From contig CAWJQU010000004.1 in the NCBI GenBank assembly GCA_963845145.1, forward strand, positions 64,001-128,000: a DNA stretch of 64,000 nt. Reading direction: 5' to 3'. Both the position numbers and the translations under genes were made by a program. This DNA is from an uncultured delta proteobacterium (GTDB lineage Bacteria; Desulfobacterota; Desulfobacteria; Desulfobacterales; QNYZ01). Positions 31,626-42,195 of this stretch are shown here, piece by piece (the stretch's first letter is position 1; each line of letters opens with the position of its first letter). The notes below the pieces were generated by a model. The model had not been told where the DNA came from and did no database searches. It saw only the letters and a list, made by a program, of their open reading frames with translations.

Positions 31626-32363
31626 CTATTTGGATTTCAAACCGGACTCATAGGCGGTGTCGACCCGCAGATCTTTGCCCATGGCCGCCCGGGTGGCCAA
31701 TACATCACAACGTTCATTACCTTCTATGCCGGCATGGCCCTTTACCCAGCAAAACGTTACATCATGTCTTTCACACAACGCCAAAAGACGCTCCCACAGA
31801 TCGGGATTTATGGCCGGTTCCTTTTTCGTCCGCATCCAATTGTTGGCTTGCCACTTTTTGGCCCACCCCTTGGTGATACCGTTGATCACATATTTAGAGT
31901 CGCTGAACAGGACCATGGAAGCCTGTGCTTCGAAATGGCTGAGCCCCACAATGCAGGCCATCAACTCCATACGGTTGTTGGTGGTCAGGCGATATCCCGC
32001 TGAGAGCTCTTTTTTCCCGGTGCCCTTGGCAATGACAACGCCATATCCTCCCGGTCCCGGATTATTTAGGGCGCCACCGTCAGTGTAAATGACGATTTTG
32101 CCGGCCTGAACAGCGTCCGAATAGCTGGTCGGCGGCTTTGCCGGTTTGGTATTTTTAGAACGTTTTTTTCCATCGACCGATTTTCTTTTTTTTCCGAAAT
32201 TTTCCTTGTAAAAGGCCTCCGCTTCGGCCCGGGTGGAAAAACCCTTAAAAATTGCCCCGGCAACCCCTCGTACCTGTGCTTCCGCACCGGTCTCTCCATA
32301 CCACTGGGTATAGATTCCGGGAACCTTGCCCACCGCTACGGCATAAAATTTCTTTTTTGCCAC
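31626..32363 (-). CDS. rnhA: Ribonuclease HI with N-terminal hybrid-binding domain
   Basis: KFYAVAVGKVPGIYTQW N-domain; IYTDGGALNNPGPGG, TTNNRMEL, WVKGHAG..GNERCD. Confidence 0.93.
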   Translation of the reverse strand: MAKKKFYAVAVGKVPGIYTQWYGETGAEAQVRGVAGAIFKGFSTRAEAEAFYKENFGKKRKSVDGKKRSKNTKPAKPPTSYSDAVQAGKIVIYTDGGALNNPGPGGYGVVIAKGTGKKELSAGYRLTTNNRMELMACIVGLSHFEAQASMVLFSDSKYVINGITKGWAKKWQANNWMRTKKEPAINPDLWERLLALCERHDVTFCWVKGHAGIEGNERCDVLATRAAMGKDLRVDTAYESGLKSK

Positions 32364-32385
32364 TTTCGCCTCTCCCCGTTCGAAA

Positions 32386-33000
32386 CTATTTGATCGCCAG
32401 CAATTCCACTTCGAAAATTAACGTCTCGTGGGGCCCAATGGCCTGGCCGCTGCCGGATTGGCCGTATGCCAGCTCAGAGGGGATGAAAAGCTCATATTTT
32501 GCCCCTTCCTTCATTAGCTGCAAGGCTTCCTGCCAGCCTGGAATGACACCGTTGACGGGAAAAGTTGCCGGGCTGCCCCGTTTGATGGAGCTGTCAAAGA
32601 CATTCCCATCCAGGGTCCTGCCCTCATAGTGGGTCTCTACCGTATCGGTCGCGGAGGGTTTTTTTCCGTTGCCTTCCCTTATAACCCGATACTGCAGGCC
32701 GCTGGCGGTTTCGATTATCCCCTCATTTTTCACATTTTCTTTGAGAAAGGCTTTCCCCTTTTCCAGATTGGCCTGCAATTTTTCGGATTGACGGGCCTGC
32801 TGTTCCTCACGCACAAAGCTTTGAAAAGCCGTCATGGTTTGTTGCATTTCGCCCACAGGCATCCGGCTCGGTTCGCCGGCAAAGGCCTCCTTGAAGGATT
32901 CGGTGAAAATATCAACCTCGATCTCGAACTCCTGGCGTTTAAAATCGGTGCCGATGCTTTGACCTAGTATGTAACTAACTTTTTCCATATCGATCTTCAT
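32386..33000 (-). CDS. FKBP-type peptidyl-prolyl isomerase
   Basis: TASGLQY, HYEG, FDSS, VIPGWQEAL, IPSELAYG, LIFEVEL. Confidence 0.95.
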   Translation of the reverse strand: MKIDMEKVSYILGQSIGTDFKRQEFEIEVDIFTESFKEAFAGEPSRMPVGEMQQTMTAFQSFVREEQQARQSEKLQANLEKGKAFLKENVKNEGIIETASGLQYRVIREGNGKKPSATDTVETHYEGRTLDGNVFDSSIKRGSPATFPVNGVIPGWQEALQLMKEGAKYELFIPSELAYGQSGSGQAIGPHETLIFEVELLAIK

Positions 33001-33117
33001 GGTTTCTCCATTTCAGATTAATTTAACATGTGCGTCGCCACAACACGACCACAATCCATTTAATGAAATCTTTGCAAGGCCCAACCTTTTACATAATAAA
33101 ACCTTAAAAAACAAAGA

Positions 33118-34164
33118 TTATCGCCGCAGGCCGGGGTTGCATGTTCGTCGGGTTGAAGATGTCATAATATCCACCGCATCCCTCAGCATGGAAGCGGCCG
33201 TGGGGATCGGTTCGCGTTCCCATAATTTGTGATACATGATGCCGTATATATCGCTGTGTATTTCAACGCCCATTTCCCAGCCTGAGCATTGTCCGAGAAA
33301 GCTGTTGACAGGCACCGGGGTTGGTTGAACGGTTAGAGTATTGTTCTCAAATGACGCCACCAGTTTCAAGGCGTTATTTCGCGCCTTTTCGGTGAGTATC
33401 GCATCGGTTGTGATGGTGGTGATGCCGGTGACCTGGACATCCGATAACGTTACCCATCCTTTCAGAATACTATTTACGATAATGACGAGTTTATTGGCCG
33501 TATCCCAACCGCCCACATCCAAAGAGGGATCTGCTTCGGCAATGCCTCGCTTTTGCGTTTCAGCCAGCGCGTCATCATAGCTGCGACCTTGTCCCATCTC
33601 GTCTAAGATAAAGTTGGTCGTGCTGTTGAATATACCCTGGATTTTAATGATATCGGCAGCGATCATATCCCGGCGTGCGATATTGATGATCGGCAACCCG
33701 CCGCACACCGTTGCGCTATATCGCAAGCCGGCACCGGATTGTGATGCAAGCTGTTCAAGCTCGCGGAGTGCCAGAACCACCGGCCCTTTATTGGCCAGTA
33801 CCATAGAGATTCCCTTGGATAATGCGGTTCGGGCGATTGCCAACCCCGGTCCTCCGGTTTGAAGATCGACCGGAGATGCCTCAAAAACGATATCCAATGC
33901 CGAAGTCGTCAGCGCATCCCATGCGGCCATACCGGAGGTGAAGCCCGCCAGGGTTTTCAGGCTGCCCGTCTTTGATTTGGTTTCAATGACCTCATCAATA
34001 TCAAAACCCGCAGGGTTTACCGCTGTACCGTGGCTATCCGATACACAGTTGATATTAAACCGAATACCATACCGATTGTGCAGCGTATTTTGCTTGTCTT
34101 TGATTATTCTCAGAAGTGTGAGCCCCACTGAACCAAGACCGACAATAGCGGCTTTTACGATCAT
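33118..34164 (-). CDS. Homoserine dehydrogenase family (no ACT domain)
   Basis: GLGSVG, LANKGP, YSATVCGGLP, GIFNSTTNFIL, AEADPSLDVGGWDTANK. Confidence 0.85.
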   Translation of the reverse strand: MIVKAAIVGLGSVGLTLLRIIKDKQNTLHNRYGIRFNINCVSDSHGTAVNPAGFDIDEVIETKSKTGSLKTLAGFTSGMAAWDALTTSALDIVFEASPVDLQTGGPGLAIARTALSKGISMVLANKGPVVLALRELEQLASQSGAGLRYSATVCGGLPIINIARRDMIAADIIKIQGIFNSTTNFILDEMGQGRSYDDALAETQKRGIAEADPSLDVGGWDTANKLVIIVNSILKGWVTLSDVQVTGITTITTDAILTEKARNNALKLVASFENNTLTVQPTPVPVNSFLGQCSGWEMGVEIHSDIYGIMYHKLWEREPIPTAASMLRDAVDIMTSSTRRTCNPGLRR

Positions 34165-34305
34165 TAAGTTCTCCTACTACAACGCCAGGTAAATTCGGTG
34201 AACGCCACTATCGGCCGGCTGGAGGGATGGAAACTGGTTGCGTACCCATTCATGGGGGAAAGGTGATAATGCGTCAGTAGTCATATCAAACGCCTCTTTC
34301 GTTAT

Positions 34306-35337
34306 TTAACCCATTCGGCTTAAATCCCTTAAAAACGCTTCTATAGCTTCTTCTTTCGTCGCCCATGAAGTGATCAGTCTGATGACAGAGGTGTCATTTT
34401 TATCCTCTTTCCATACGTAGAATCCATACTTCTTGCTTAGCTTATCAATGATTGGATTGGGAAAGATAGGGAAAATCTGGTTGGAAACGGGTTTGAGCCA
34501 GTGTGCGTATCCCATTTGATCGATACTGTCTGCCAATTTTGTAGCCAATTTGTTTGCATACCGGCCCAGTTTAAAGAAAAGATCCTCTTTGAAAAGTTCC
34601 ACAAACTGAATGCCCAATATTCTTCCCTTGGCCAGGAGGGCACCTTTTTGTTTAATATGGAATCGAAAATCTTCTTTTAGACGGTCATTATTGATAATGA
34701 CCACCTCTCCAAGCAACGCCCCGTTTTTGGTGCCGCCAATATAAAGAATATCCACCCATTCAGACAGTTCCGGCAACGCCATATCATTTTGGTGGGAGGT
34801 CAATGCGGATCCCAGCCGGGCACCATCGAGATAGAGAATGAGATGGTGTTTCCGACAAAATAGCGACAGCTCTTTTAGCTCGCTTTTGTTATAGATACTT
34901 CCCAGCTCTGTCGAGTTGGAGATATAGACCATCTTTGGTTTAACCATGTGCTCGTCCGCATGAAATTCAAGCACCGGTCGTATTTTATCCGGACTCAACT
35001 TACCCTCATCCGTTTCTACCGAATTTATTTTGTGCCCCGTTGCTTCAATTGCCCCGGTTTCGTGAACGCATATGTGCCCGGTGCCCGCTGAAATGATCGA
35101 TTCATATGGTTTTAATATGGATGAGATAATGATTAAATTGGCAAGGGTTCCGCCAGCGACAAAATGGATGTCCGCTTTTGGATTATTAATTCTATCTCGA
35201 ATCAATTGAGCAGCCTCTATACAAAACCGGTCTTCACCATAACCTTCTTCCTGATCTATATTTGTCCTGCTCAAGGCGTTTAAAATATTTGGGTGCGCGC
35301 CTTCCGAATAATCATTTTTAAAACTGTATCGGTTCAT
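34306..35337 (-). CDS. Low-specificity L-threonine aldolase family
   Basis: FKNDYSEG, GGTLAN, HETGA, LYLDGARL, GGTKNG. Confidence 0.9.
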   Translation of the reverse strand: MNRYSFKNDYSEGAHPNILNALSRTNIDQEEGYGEDRFCIEAAQLIRDRINNPKADIHFVAGGTLANLIIISSILKPYESIISAGTGHICVHETGAIEATGHKINSVETDEGKLSPDKIRPVLEFHADEHMVKPKMVYISNSTELGSIYNKSELKELSLFCRKHHLILYLDGARLGSALTSHQNDMALPELSEWVDILYIGGTKNGALLGEVVIINNDRLKEDFRFHIKQKGALLAKGRILGIQFVELFKEDLFFKLGRYANKLATKLADSIDQMGYAHWLKPVSNQIFPIFPNPIIDKLSKKYGFYVWKEDKNDTSVIRLITSWATKEEAIEAFLRDLSRMG

Positions 35338-35562
35338 ATTTGTGCCTCAAAGGCTATGGTTTAGATATGAAAAATGATAATTTTAGGTTCAAAATTCATT
35401 GTTGGTCCTCAATATCATTTAAAGCCCGCCGTGTCAGCGGCTGATTTGCTGCCCTTTCAGATTCGCCGCAGGCGGATTGGTTTCGGCTAAATATAGAAAC
35501 GATCATATGGACACTTCTTATGCTGCTTGCAGATCATCGAGGTTGATGGTATCTATTTGACC

Positions 35563-36039
35563 ATGAAAAACAGGTTTACCAAAAAAGAACGATTGGATCT
35601 GATTCGAAAGATTATTCGGGAAAAAGAGATCTCGGATCAGATTCAACTGTTACAAGAGCTGGGTCAAGAGGGGTTAAAAACAACCCAGGCGACAATCAGC
35701 CGCGATTTGCAGGAGTTGAAAGTCATAAAGGCGCGGATCAAACCGGGTATCTACAAATATTCTATTTTTGAAAGCACGATCCACTCAAACCTGATTCATC
35801 AGCTTGGGGTCTTCTTTAAAAATTTCGTCAATGAGATTAAAGGATCGGGAAACCTGATTGTTATTAAGAACCTTCCCGGAACAGCCGGTACTGTCGCAAT
35901 GATTCTGGATCAAATGGAGCGGCAAGAGATCCTGGGAACCATTGCCGGCCTTGATACAATCCTGGTCATCATTGATTCCGAAGAAAACCGTATCAAGCTT
36001 CAAAAAGAATTTGACGACATCCTGCTTAGCAATCTGTAA
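35563..36039 (+). CDS. argR: Arginine repressor family regulator
   Basis: TQATISRDLQEL wHTH; C-domain LGTIAGLDTILVI. Confidence 0.88.
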   Translation: MKNRFTKKERLDLIRKIIREKEISDQIQLLQELGQEGLKTTQATISRDLQELKVIKARIKPGIYKYSIFESTIHSNLIHQLGVFFKNFVNEIKGSGNLIVIKNLPGTAGTVAMILDQMERQEILGTIAGLDTILVIIDSEENRIKLQKEFDDILLSNL

Positions 36040-36067
36040 TCTATTTTTAATCAAAAACCGATTTTTA

Positions 36068-36134
36068 GAGCCAGTTTCAAAACGTCCCGGTTGCCCAATT
36101 TCTACGTTCGGCTCAAATTATAATCCTCGAAATA
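36068..36134. repeat. Half of a putative palindromic repeat element (family C)
   Basis: gagccagtttcaaaacgtcc is 19/20 identical to the reverse complement of 42124-42143. Confidence 0.5.
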
Positions 36135-36224
36135 CTCACCATAGCTTCTACAATCCCACTTTAACGAAATAAATATTAACAAAAAGAGGTGCACCGGAAT
36201 AAAGTGCTTTACAAAAACCATTTT

Positions 36225-36263
36225 TTTGTATATTAATACAAGCTAAATGCATATTTATACAAA
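36225..36263. promoter_or_regulatory. Tandem ARG boxes (two 18-bp boxes, 3-bp spacer)
   Basis: tttgtatattaatacaag-cta-aatgcatatttatacaaa, matching ARG-box architecture, between argR and the operon. Confidence 0.8.
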
Positions 36264-36453
36264 TGTGATCTGTTCGAATACTCGATTGACAATGCCTTTG
36301 GAAAGCCCTGCACCGGTATTGATAAGTCGGAATCCCAGACGAAAGGTGCATAAAAGGCAAATGATTATGGGCCATGTCTTGCACATGGCATACGTGCCGG
36401 GAAACGATTAATACGAGACTCCCGGATAACTCGAACATATGGAGGAGAGGACA

Positions 36454-38064
36454 ATGAAAAAGATGGGTTTGGGATTATTGGTGTTTTTTTTGACGCTCGG
36501 TTTTATGGCATCGAATGCCGCAGCCGTCAGAAATGGGGGCTCATTCGTCTGGATCGCACCTTATGGTATCTCCATCGATACGCTGGACCCGGGGGCCACG
36601 AACGATGATAAGAATCTTCTGGTGATCCTGAATATTCACCGTGGATTGTTTGGCTGGGATGCGGCTAACAGTACTTATAAATTAGATCTTGCCGAAAGCG
36701 TGGAAGGGTCTGAGGACGGTAAAACCTATACGATTAAAATAAGAGATGCCAAGTTTCACAACGGCCGTACGGTGACGGCGGATGATGTGCTTTATACCTA
36801 CCATCGGCTGGCGGACCCTAAAAAGGCTTTGGCGCAAAGCCATGCGGTCGTGGAGATCGAGGGTGCCCAGGATGTGCTGGATGGAAAAGCGGATAAGATC
36901 TCCGGTTTGAAAAAAATTGACGATAAAACCGTCCAGATTACTTTTAGAAACCCGGTGGATGTCGGCTTCAAACTGTGGCGATACGGAACAGCCATCGTTC
37001 CCAAAGAAGCAGCGGAAAAAGATGATTTCGGAAGTAAGCCCGTGGGATGCGGTCCTTTTAAACTAAAAAGCTGGACCAAAGGCGTTGAAATTGTATTGGA
37101 AAAAAATCCGGACTTCTACGTAATAGGGAAACCCTATCTCGATACGGTCGTCTACAAGATCATGGCGGATGCCGCCGCGCGGGACATGGCCTTTCAGTCC
37201 GGTGAGTTAGACGCCAACCTGCTCTATGCCGCGCAATATGAAAAATTTTCAAAGAATCCGGATCTGGCTAAAAATTTGATGGAAGTGCCGGAAATGTTTA
37301 CGCGTGGTATGCGCTTCAATCCAAATTTTACCCTGCCCGACGGCCGCCAACCTTTCGGTGATAAGCGGGTTCGTCAGGCGGTAAATTATGCCATTAATAG
37401 TGAATTGATCGTTGAAAAATATGCCAAGGGTAAAGCCTATGCGGCCAGGGGCTTTTTAGCGCCCACGACGCCCGGATTCGATCCTGACTGCAAAAACTAT
37501 CCTTACGATCCGGAGAAGGCCAAGGCGTTGATGAAAGCGGCCGGGTACGAGAAAGGTTTCGATCTGAACGTACTGGCCGGGACCAGCTCCGCCTATGGCG
37601 CCGGGGTTATCGAAGCGGCAACACCCTTTTTAAAAGAGATCGGTATCAAGGTGACGATTGAAAAAGTTGAAAATGCCGTTCTTTTCGAAAAATACCAGGA
37701 CGGCAAGTTTGAGGCCGCCATCGCTTCGCACAGCTCCGGGCCGGATCCAGTCGGCTCATTACACCGCTTTCATTCAAGCAACCCGCGGTTCAAGCGTCGG
37801 GGTGAGACCGGACTTAAAATTGACAGTTTCGAGCGCACCTTGGATTTGGCCGCCGCCTCGAGAAATCCGGAGGTTCGCGCAGAATTGGTCAAAATAGCCA
37901 ATGATATCATAACCGAAGAAGCCATTATGTGGTTTTATAACTACAATAAGGCGGTCATCGCTTATCAACCCTGGGTTCATGGTATGGAACCCGTCGGGGT
38001 AGAGATGATGTATCAGCATCTCGACGGCGTCTGGGTTGATGAAAAATCACCCCGGGCAAAATAA
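36454..38064 (+). CDS. Peptide/nickel (Dpp/Opp family 5) ABC substrate-binding protein
   Basis: TLDP, LAES, AKFHNGRTVTADDV, PVGCGPF, DKRVRQAVNYAIN, YDPEKAKALM. Confidence 0.93.
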   Translation: MKKMGLGLLVFFLTLGFMASNAAAVRNGGSFVWIAPYGISIDTLDPGATNDDKNLLVILNIHRGLFGWDAANSTYKLDLAESVEGSEDGKTYTIKIRDAKFHNGRTVTADDVLYTYHRLADPKKALAQSHAVVEIEGAQDVLDGKADKISGLKKIDDKTVQITFRNPVDVGFKLWRYGTAIVPKEAAEKDDFGSKPVGCGPFKLKSWTKGVEIVLEKNPDFYVIGKPYLDTVVYKIMADAAARDMAFQSGELDANLLYAAQYEKFSKNPDLAKNLMEVPEMFTRGMRFNPNFTLPDGRQPFGDKRVRQAVNYAINSELIVEKYAKGKAYAARGFLAPTTPGFDPDCKNYPYDPEKAKALMKAAGYEKGFDLNVLAGTSSAYGAGVIEAATPFLKEIGIKVTIEKVENAVLFEKYQDGKFEAAIASHSSGPDPVGSLHRFHSSNPRFKRRGETGLKIDSFERTLDLAAASRNPEVRAELVKIANDIITEEAIMWFYNYNKAVIAYQPWVHGMEPVGVEMMYQHLDGVWVDEKSPRAK

Positions 38065-38126
38065 ATACACCAAGGAATATCGCTTGCATTAAAGTGCAGC
38101 GGTTGGGTAACTTGGCACACGCATGT

Positions 38127-38172
38127 CGCACTTTCCCGGTTTGGTTTCAGTACCCGGCTGAGGAAAGTGCGA
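38127..38172. repeat. Intercistronic hairpin after SBP gene
   Basis: tcgcactttcc...ggaaagtgcga 11-bp stem. Confidence 0.55.
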
Positions 38173-38221
38173 AATCAGCGTTTTACTTGATTTTCATTAT
38201 TAATCGCCAGAGTTCCACTTC

Positions 38222-39157
38222 ATGATCGCATTTATCTTTCGTCGCATCTTACAATTTATCCCGACGGTGATCAGCATCTCATTTATTATGTTTGTGTTGC
38301 TCAACGTCCTTCCCGGCAATGCCGCCCTGATGTCCGGCGGCGGCGGCAAAGATATTCTCGCCCCGGAAATTATAGAAAAACTAGAAAAAAAATGGGGTCT
38401 GGATAAGCCTTTTCACGTTCGCTATTTGCATTACATGGCCGGATTGCCCAAAGGTGACCTGGGCGTGTCGTTTTTGCGAGGAGAAAAGGTGCGCGACATC
38501 ATCGGGAATCGCTTGTGGCCCACGTTAAAACTAGCCCTGGCCGCCTTGGCCATCGCCTGTGCCATCGGCATTCCCCTGGGCTTTTTTTCAGCCCTGCGCC
38601 AGGGGACGTGGGTGGACACGGTCACCATGATGGGTGCCGTTTCGGGCGTGTCGATGCCCCAATTCTGGTCGGCCCTTTTGTTGATGTATCTTTTTTCCGT
38701 CGTTTTGAAGTGGTTACCCACTTTCGGATATGGGAACGGCTCCCTCAAACACCTGATTCTACCTGCCGTGACGTTAGGCATCTATTACATGGGCCTTCTG
38801 GCCCGCACCACGCGTGCCGCCGTACTTGAGGTTCTTAACCAGGATTATATTCGAACGGCGCATGCTAAAGGATTATCTGTTCTCTTAATAAACGCTAAAC
38901 ATGTTTTCAGAAACACCCTGGTCCTGATCTTGACGACCATCGGTATGATGTTCGGATCGTTGATGGGTGAAACCGTCATCGTCGAAATGGTTTTTTCATG
39001 GCCCGGAATCGGTTCTTTGATGGTCGATTCCATTTACTTACGGGACACACCCGTGACTCTGGGGTGCATCATGCTGATGATTTTTGTATTCATGACGGTC
39101 AACTTGTTCGTGGATATTTTGTATTCGGTGGTTGACCCCAGAATTCGTTACGAATAA
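38222..39157 (+). CDS. Dpp-type ABC permease (DppB-like)
   Basis: GLDKP, GDLGVS, DYIRTAHAKG, FSWPGIG, DPRIRY. Confidence 0.93.
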   Translation: MIAFIFRRILQFIPTVISISFIMFVLLNVLPGNAALMSGGGGKDILAPEIIEKLEKKWGLDKPFHVRYLHYMAGLPKGDLGVSFLRGEKVRDIIGNRLWPTLKLALAALAIACAIGIPLGFFSALRQGTWVDTVTMMGAVSGVSMPQFWSALLLMYLFSVVLKWLPTFGYGNGSLKHLILPAVTLGIYYMGLLARTTRAAVLEVLNQDYIRTAHAKGLSVLLINAKHVFRNTLVLILTTIGMMFGSLMGETVIVEMVFSWPGIGSLMVDSIYLRDTPVTLGCIMLMIFVFMTVNLFVDILYSVVDPRIRYE

Positions 39158-40010
39158 AGGATTCGCCGGCTTGGCACTCTCCTGGAAAAAATTAAAAAAA
39201 AGAACCAATCTGCTCGTTGGCACGGCCATCGTGGTTATTGTCATTTGCATGGCGGTTTTTGCGCCACTTCTATCTCCCTATCATCCCTGGGAGGATGCCA
39301 ATATACTCTATTCCGAGGAACCGCCGGGCAAGCAGTTTCGCTTCGGTACCGATATCCAGGGGCGGGATATTCTTTCCAGGGTGATTTACGGGGCCCGTGT
39401 ATCGTTGAGCGTGGGATTGTTCACCCAATTTATGAACAGCGTTATCGGCGTTTTCATGGGGCTGATGGCGGGTTTTTTCGGTAAATGGATCGATGACCTC
39501 ATTATGGGTATTACCAATATCATGTTATCCATCCCGCCGATTCTCTTTGCCCTGGCAATGATGGCGGTGATGGGTCCCGGATTGATAAATATATTTATCG
39601 CACTGGGGATTATTAATTGGTCGTATACCTGCCGTCTGACGCGGTCCCAGGTGCTGACGGCAAAAAATCTGAACTATATCACGGCTGCCCGGGCGTTGGG
39701 CTACAGCAAAATTCGCATCATGTTCCAGCAAATTCTTCCCAATATTATGGGGCCGATATTGGTGATCGCCACGCTTGGCGTTGCCGGGGCCATTACCATG
39801 GAAGCCGCCCTCTCATTTTTAGGGCTGGGTGTCCAACCCCCCACCCCCAGTTGGGGTCAAATGCTGGCGGGGGCCAGGGAGAAGCTGTTTACCGCACCAT
39901 GGATATCGATCTTTCCGGGGATGGCTATTTTTATCACGGTACTGGGATTTAACCTTTTTGGTGATGGGTTAAGGGATATCCTTGACCCGCATATTTCACG
40001 GCAAAAATAA
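39132..40010 (+). CDS. Dpp-type ABC permease (DppC-like); start uncertain
   Basis: FGTDIQGRDILSRVIYGARVSL, LSFLGLGVQPPTPSWG, GDGLRDILDP. Confidence 0.93.
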   Translation: MTPEFVTNKGFAGLALSWKKLKKRTNLLVGTAIVVIVICMAVFAPLLSPYHPWEDANILYSEEPPGKQFRFGTDIQGRDILSRVIYGARVSLSVGLFTQFMNSVIGVFMGLMAGFFGKWIDDLIMGITNIMLSIPPILFALAMMAVMGPGLINIFIALGIINWSYTCRLTRSQVLTAKNLNYITAARALGYSKIRIMFQQILPNIMGPILVIATLGVAGAITMEAALSFLGLGVQPPTPSWGQMLAGAREKLFTAPWISIFPGMAIFITVLGFNLFGDGLRDILDPHISRQK

Positions 40011-40011
40011 T

Positions 40012-41037
40012 ATGAGCCCACCCGAAACCGCATTGCGACCAAACGCTCCTCTGCTTGAGGTGGATCATCTGCACACCTATTTTCACACCTTTGACGGGGT
40101 GGTTAAAGCGGTCAATGATGTCTCTTTTGCCATGAACCGAACGGAAACACTCGGATTGGTCGGCGAATCCGGTTCAGGTAAAAGTGTGACCGCCTTATCG
40201 ATTATGCGCCTTTTAAAAATGCCCCCTGCCAAAATTGAAAAAGGCCATATTCGCTTTGATGGAACGGACCTGCTTCAATTGCCCATGGATCAAATGCGCG
40301 ATATTCGCGGCAATCGGATTTCAATGATTTTTCAGGAGCCGATGACATCGCTGAATCCACTCTTTTCCGTCGGCAATCAGATGTCCGAGATGTTTATTCG
40401 CCACAAGGGATTGTCGCGTAGGGATGCCTGGCAACGGGCGGTGGACATGCTGGAGGTCGTACAGATCCCGTCACCGGCTAAACGGGCGCGTGAATTTCCT
40501 CACCATCTTTCAGGTGGCATGCGGCAGCGGGTCATGATCGCCATGGCCCTGGCATGTGACCCGGAGATACTCATTGCCGATGAACCGACAACGGCTTTGG
40601 ATGTTACCATTCAGGCCCAGGTCATCGATCTCATGATGAAATTGAAAGTCGATTTTGATGCGGCGATCCTCATGATCACGCACGATTTGGGGGTGATTGC
40701 TGAAATTGCCCAAAGGGTTGTGGTGATGTATGCCGGCCAGGTCGTCGAAGAAGCAGATGTCATATCTATTTTCGAAAATCCGCGTCATCCCTACACCCGG
40801 GCACTGCTTCGATCCATTCCAAAATTGGGGGCGGCCGCAAACCAACCACAATCGAAGGATCGCCGAAGGCTGGAGGAGATCAAAGGGATTGTACCGAGTC
40901 TGTCGAATTTACCGCAAGGGTGCCATTTTTCCCCGCGTTGTGCTCACGCCCGAGCCGTATGTCGGCAGGCGGTTATTGAACTAGTAGACCTTGAAGAAGG
41001 TCGGCGGGTGCGCTGCATCCGATACAAGGAACTTTGA
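40012..41037 (+). CDS. Dpp-type ABC ATP-binding protein (DppD-like)
   Basis: [28 protein letters not shown]-terminal Cys motif. Confidence 0.93.
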   Translation: MSPPETALRPNAPLLEVDHLHTYFHTFDGVVKAVNDVSFAMNRTETLGLVGESGSGKSVTALSIMRLLKMPPAKIEKGHIRFDGTDLLQLPMDQMRDIRGNRISMIFQEPMTSLNPLFSVGNQMSEMFIRHKGLSRRDAWQRAVDMLEVVQIPSPAKRAREFPHHLSGGMRQRVMIAMALACDPEILIADEPTTALDVTIQAQVIDLMMKLKVDFDAAILMITHDLGVIAEIAQRVVVMYAGQVVEEADVISIFENPRHPYTRALLRSIPKLGAAANQPQSKDRRRLEEIKGIVPSLSNLPQGCHFSPRCAHARAVCRQAVIELVDLEEGRRVRCIRYKEL

Positions 41038-41123
41038 TCGGTATCTAATAATGCATAATGGCTGCATGGGTGGCATGACGATATGCCGGTCATTGGCACG
41101 ACCAGCCACGTAAAAGGGATCAT

Positions 41124-42101
41124 GTGTTGAAGGAAGCGTTGCTGAATATCGAAAACCTGAAAGTCCACTTTCCGATTCGAAAGGGGATCCTCCGGCGCAC
41201 CCAAAACTACGTCTATGCGGTGGATGGTGTTTCTTTTTACCTGCATCGGGGGGAAACGCTGGGCATCGTCGGTGAGAGCGGTTGCGGGAAAACGACGGCC
41301 GGCCTGGCGCTCTTAAATCTGATTCCACCCACAATGGGAACCATTCACTTCGAGGGCCAGGACATTTCGAACATTTCGAAAATGGCCAAAACCGAAAAAA
41401 TGCGGATTCGGAAAGAACTTCAAATCATTTTTCAAGATCCTTACTCCTCTTTGAATCCACGCATGCCTCTCAATCGGATTCTTGGAGATCCCATGATGAT
41501 TCATGGGTTATACAAGGGTAGCGAAAAACAGGACCGCATTGATTTTCTCTTAAGTAAAGTGGGACTGACGCCGGAACAGGGGGACAAATACCCCCACGAG
41601 TTCTCAGGCGGTCAGCGTCAGCGTATTGGTATCGCCAGGGCCCTGGCCCTGGATCCGCAGGTGATTATCGGCGACGAGCCGGTTTCGGCTCTGGATGTTT
41701 CCATCCAAGCTCAGATCATTAATCTCTTAATGGACCTTCAGGAAGAGTTTAACCTCTCCTATATCATTATTGCCCATGATCTGGCCGTGGTCGAACATAT
41801 TTCCGATCGGGTTGCCGTGATGTACCTGGGCAAAATTGTCGAAACAGCCCCATCCACCGACATTTTAAATCACTCTAAGCATCCTTATACCCAGGCACTA
41901 TTATCAGCGGCCCCCATCGCCGACCCCCGCGCCGAAAGAAATCGCATCATACTCAAAGGAGACGTCCCCAGTCCCCGACGTCCGCCGACCGGTTGTAGCT
42001 TTCATCCACGCTGCCCCATTTGCAGTATCGATTGTGACGTGGCAACGCCTCACATGAGACACTTGGGAAATGAGCACTATGTGGCCTGTCACTATGCGTA
42101 A
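41124..42101 (+). CDS. Dpp-type ABC ATP-binding protein (DppF-like)
   Basis: GESGCGKT, FSGGQRQRIGIARAL, DEPVSALDVS, GCSFHPRC. Confidence 0.93.
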   Translation: MLKEALLNIENLKVHFPIRKGILRRTQNYVYAVDGVSFYLHRGETLGIVGESGCGKTTAGLALLNLIPPTMGTIHFEGQDISNISKMAKTEKMRIRKELQIIFQDPYSSLNPRMPLNRILGDPMMIHGLYKGSEKQDRIDFLLSKVGLTPEQGDKYPHEFSGGQRQRIGIARALALDPQVIIGDEPVSALDVSIQAQIINLLMDLQEEFNLSYIIIAHDLAVVEHISDRVAVMYLGKIVETAPSTDILNHSKHPYTQALLSAAPIADPRAERNRIILKGDVPSPRRPPTGCSFHPRCPICSIDCDVATPHMRHLGNEHYVACHYA

Positions 42102-42195
42102 AAGCAAGTTCTAAACAAGGTTTGGACGTTTTGAAACTGGTTCGATAAGAAATATTTTTACAGGCTCTTTACATTTATTAAGCAGGGATGCGGGA

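Noticed and set aside
31626..32363. Eukaryote-like hybrid-binding domain on RNase HI
   Set aside because: Known architecture in many bacteria
36184..36360. AGAGGTGC start resembling a lysine riboswitch
   Set aside because: Downstream conserved lysine-riboswitch elements are not evident, and the region is explained by ARG boxes and promoter DNA
39148..39157. Possible ACG start for the DppC-like gene at the usual ATGA overlap position
   Set aside because: An in-frame TTG at 39132 offers a simpler start; cannot be decided from sequence
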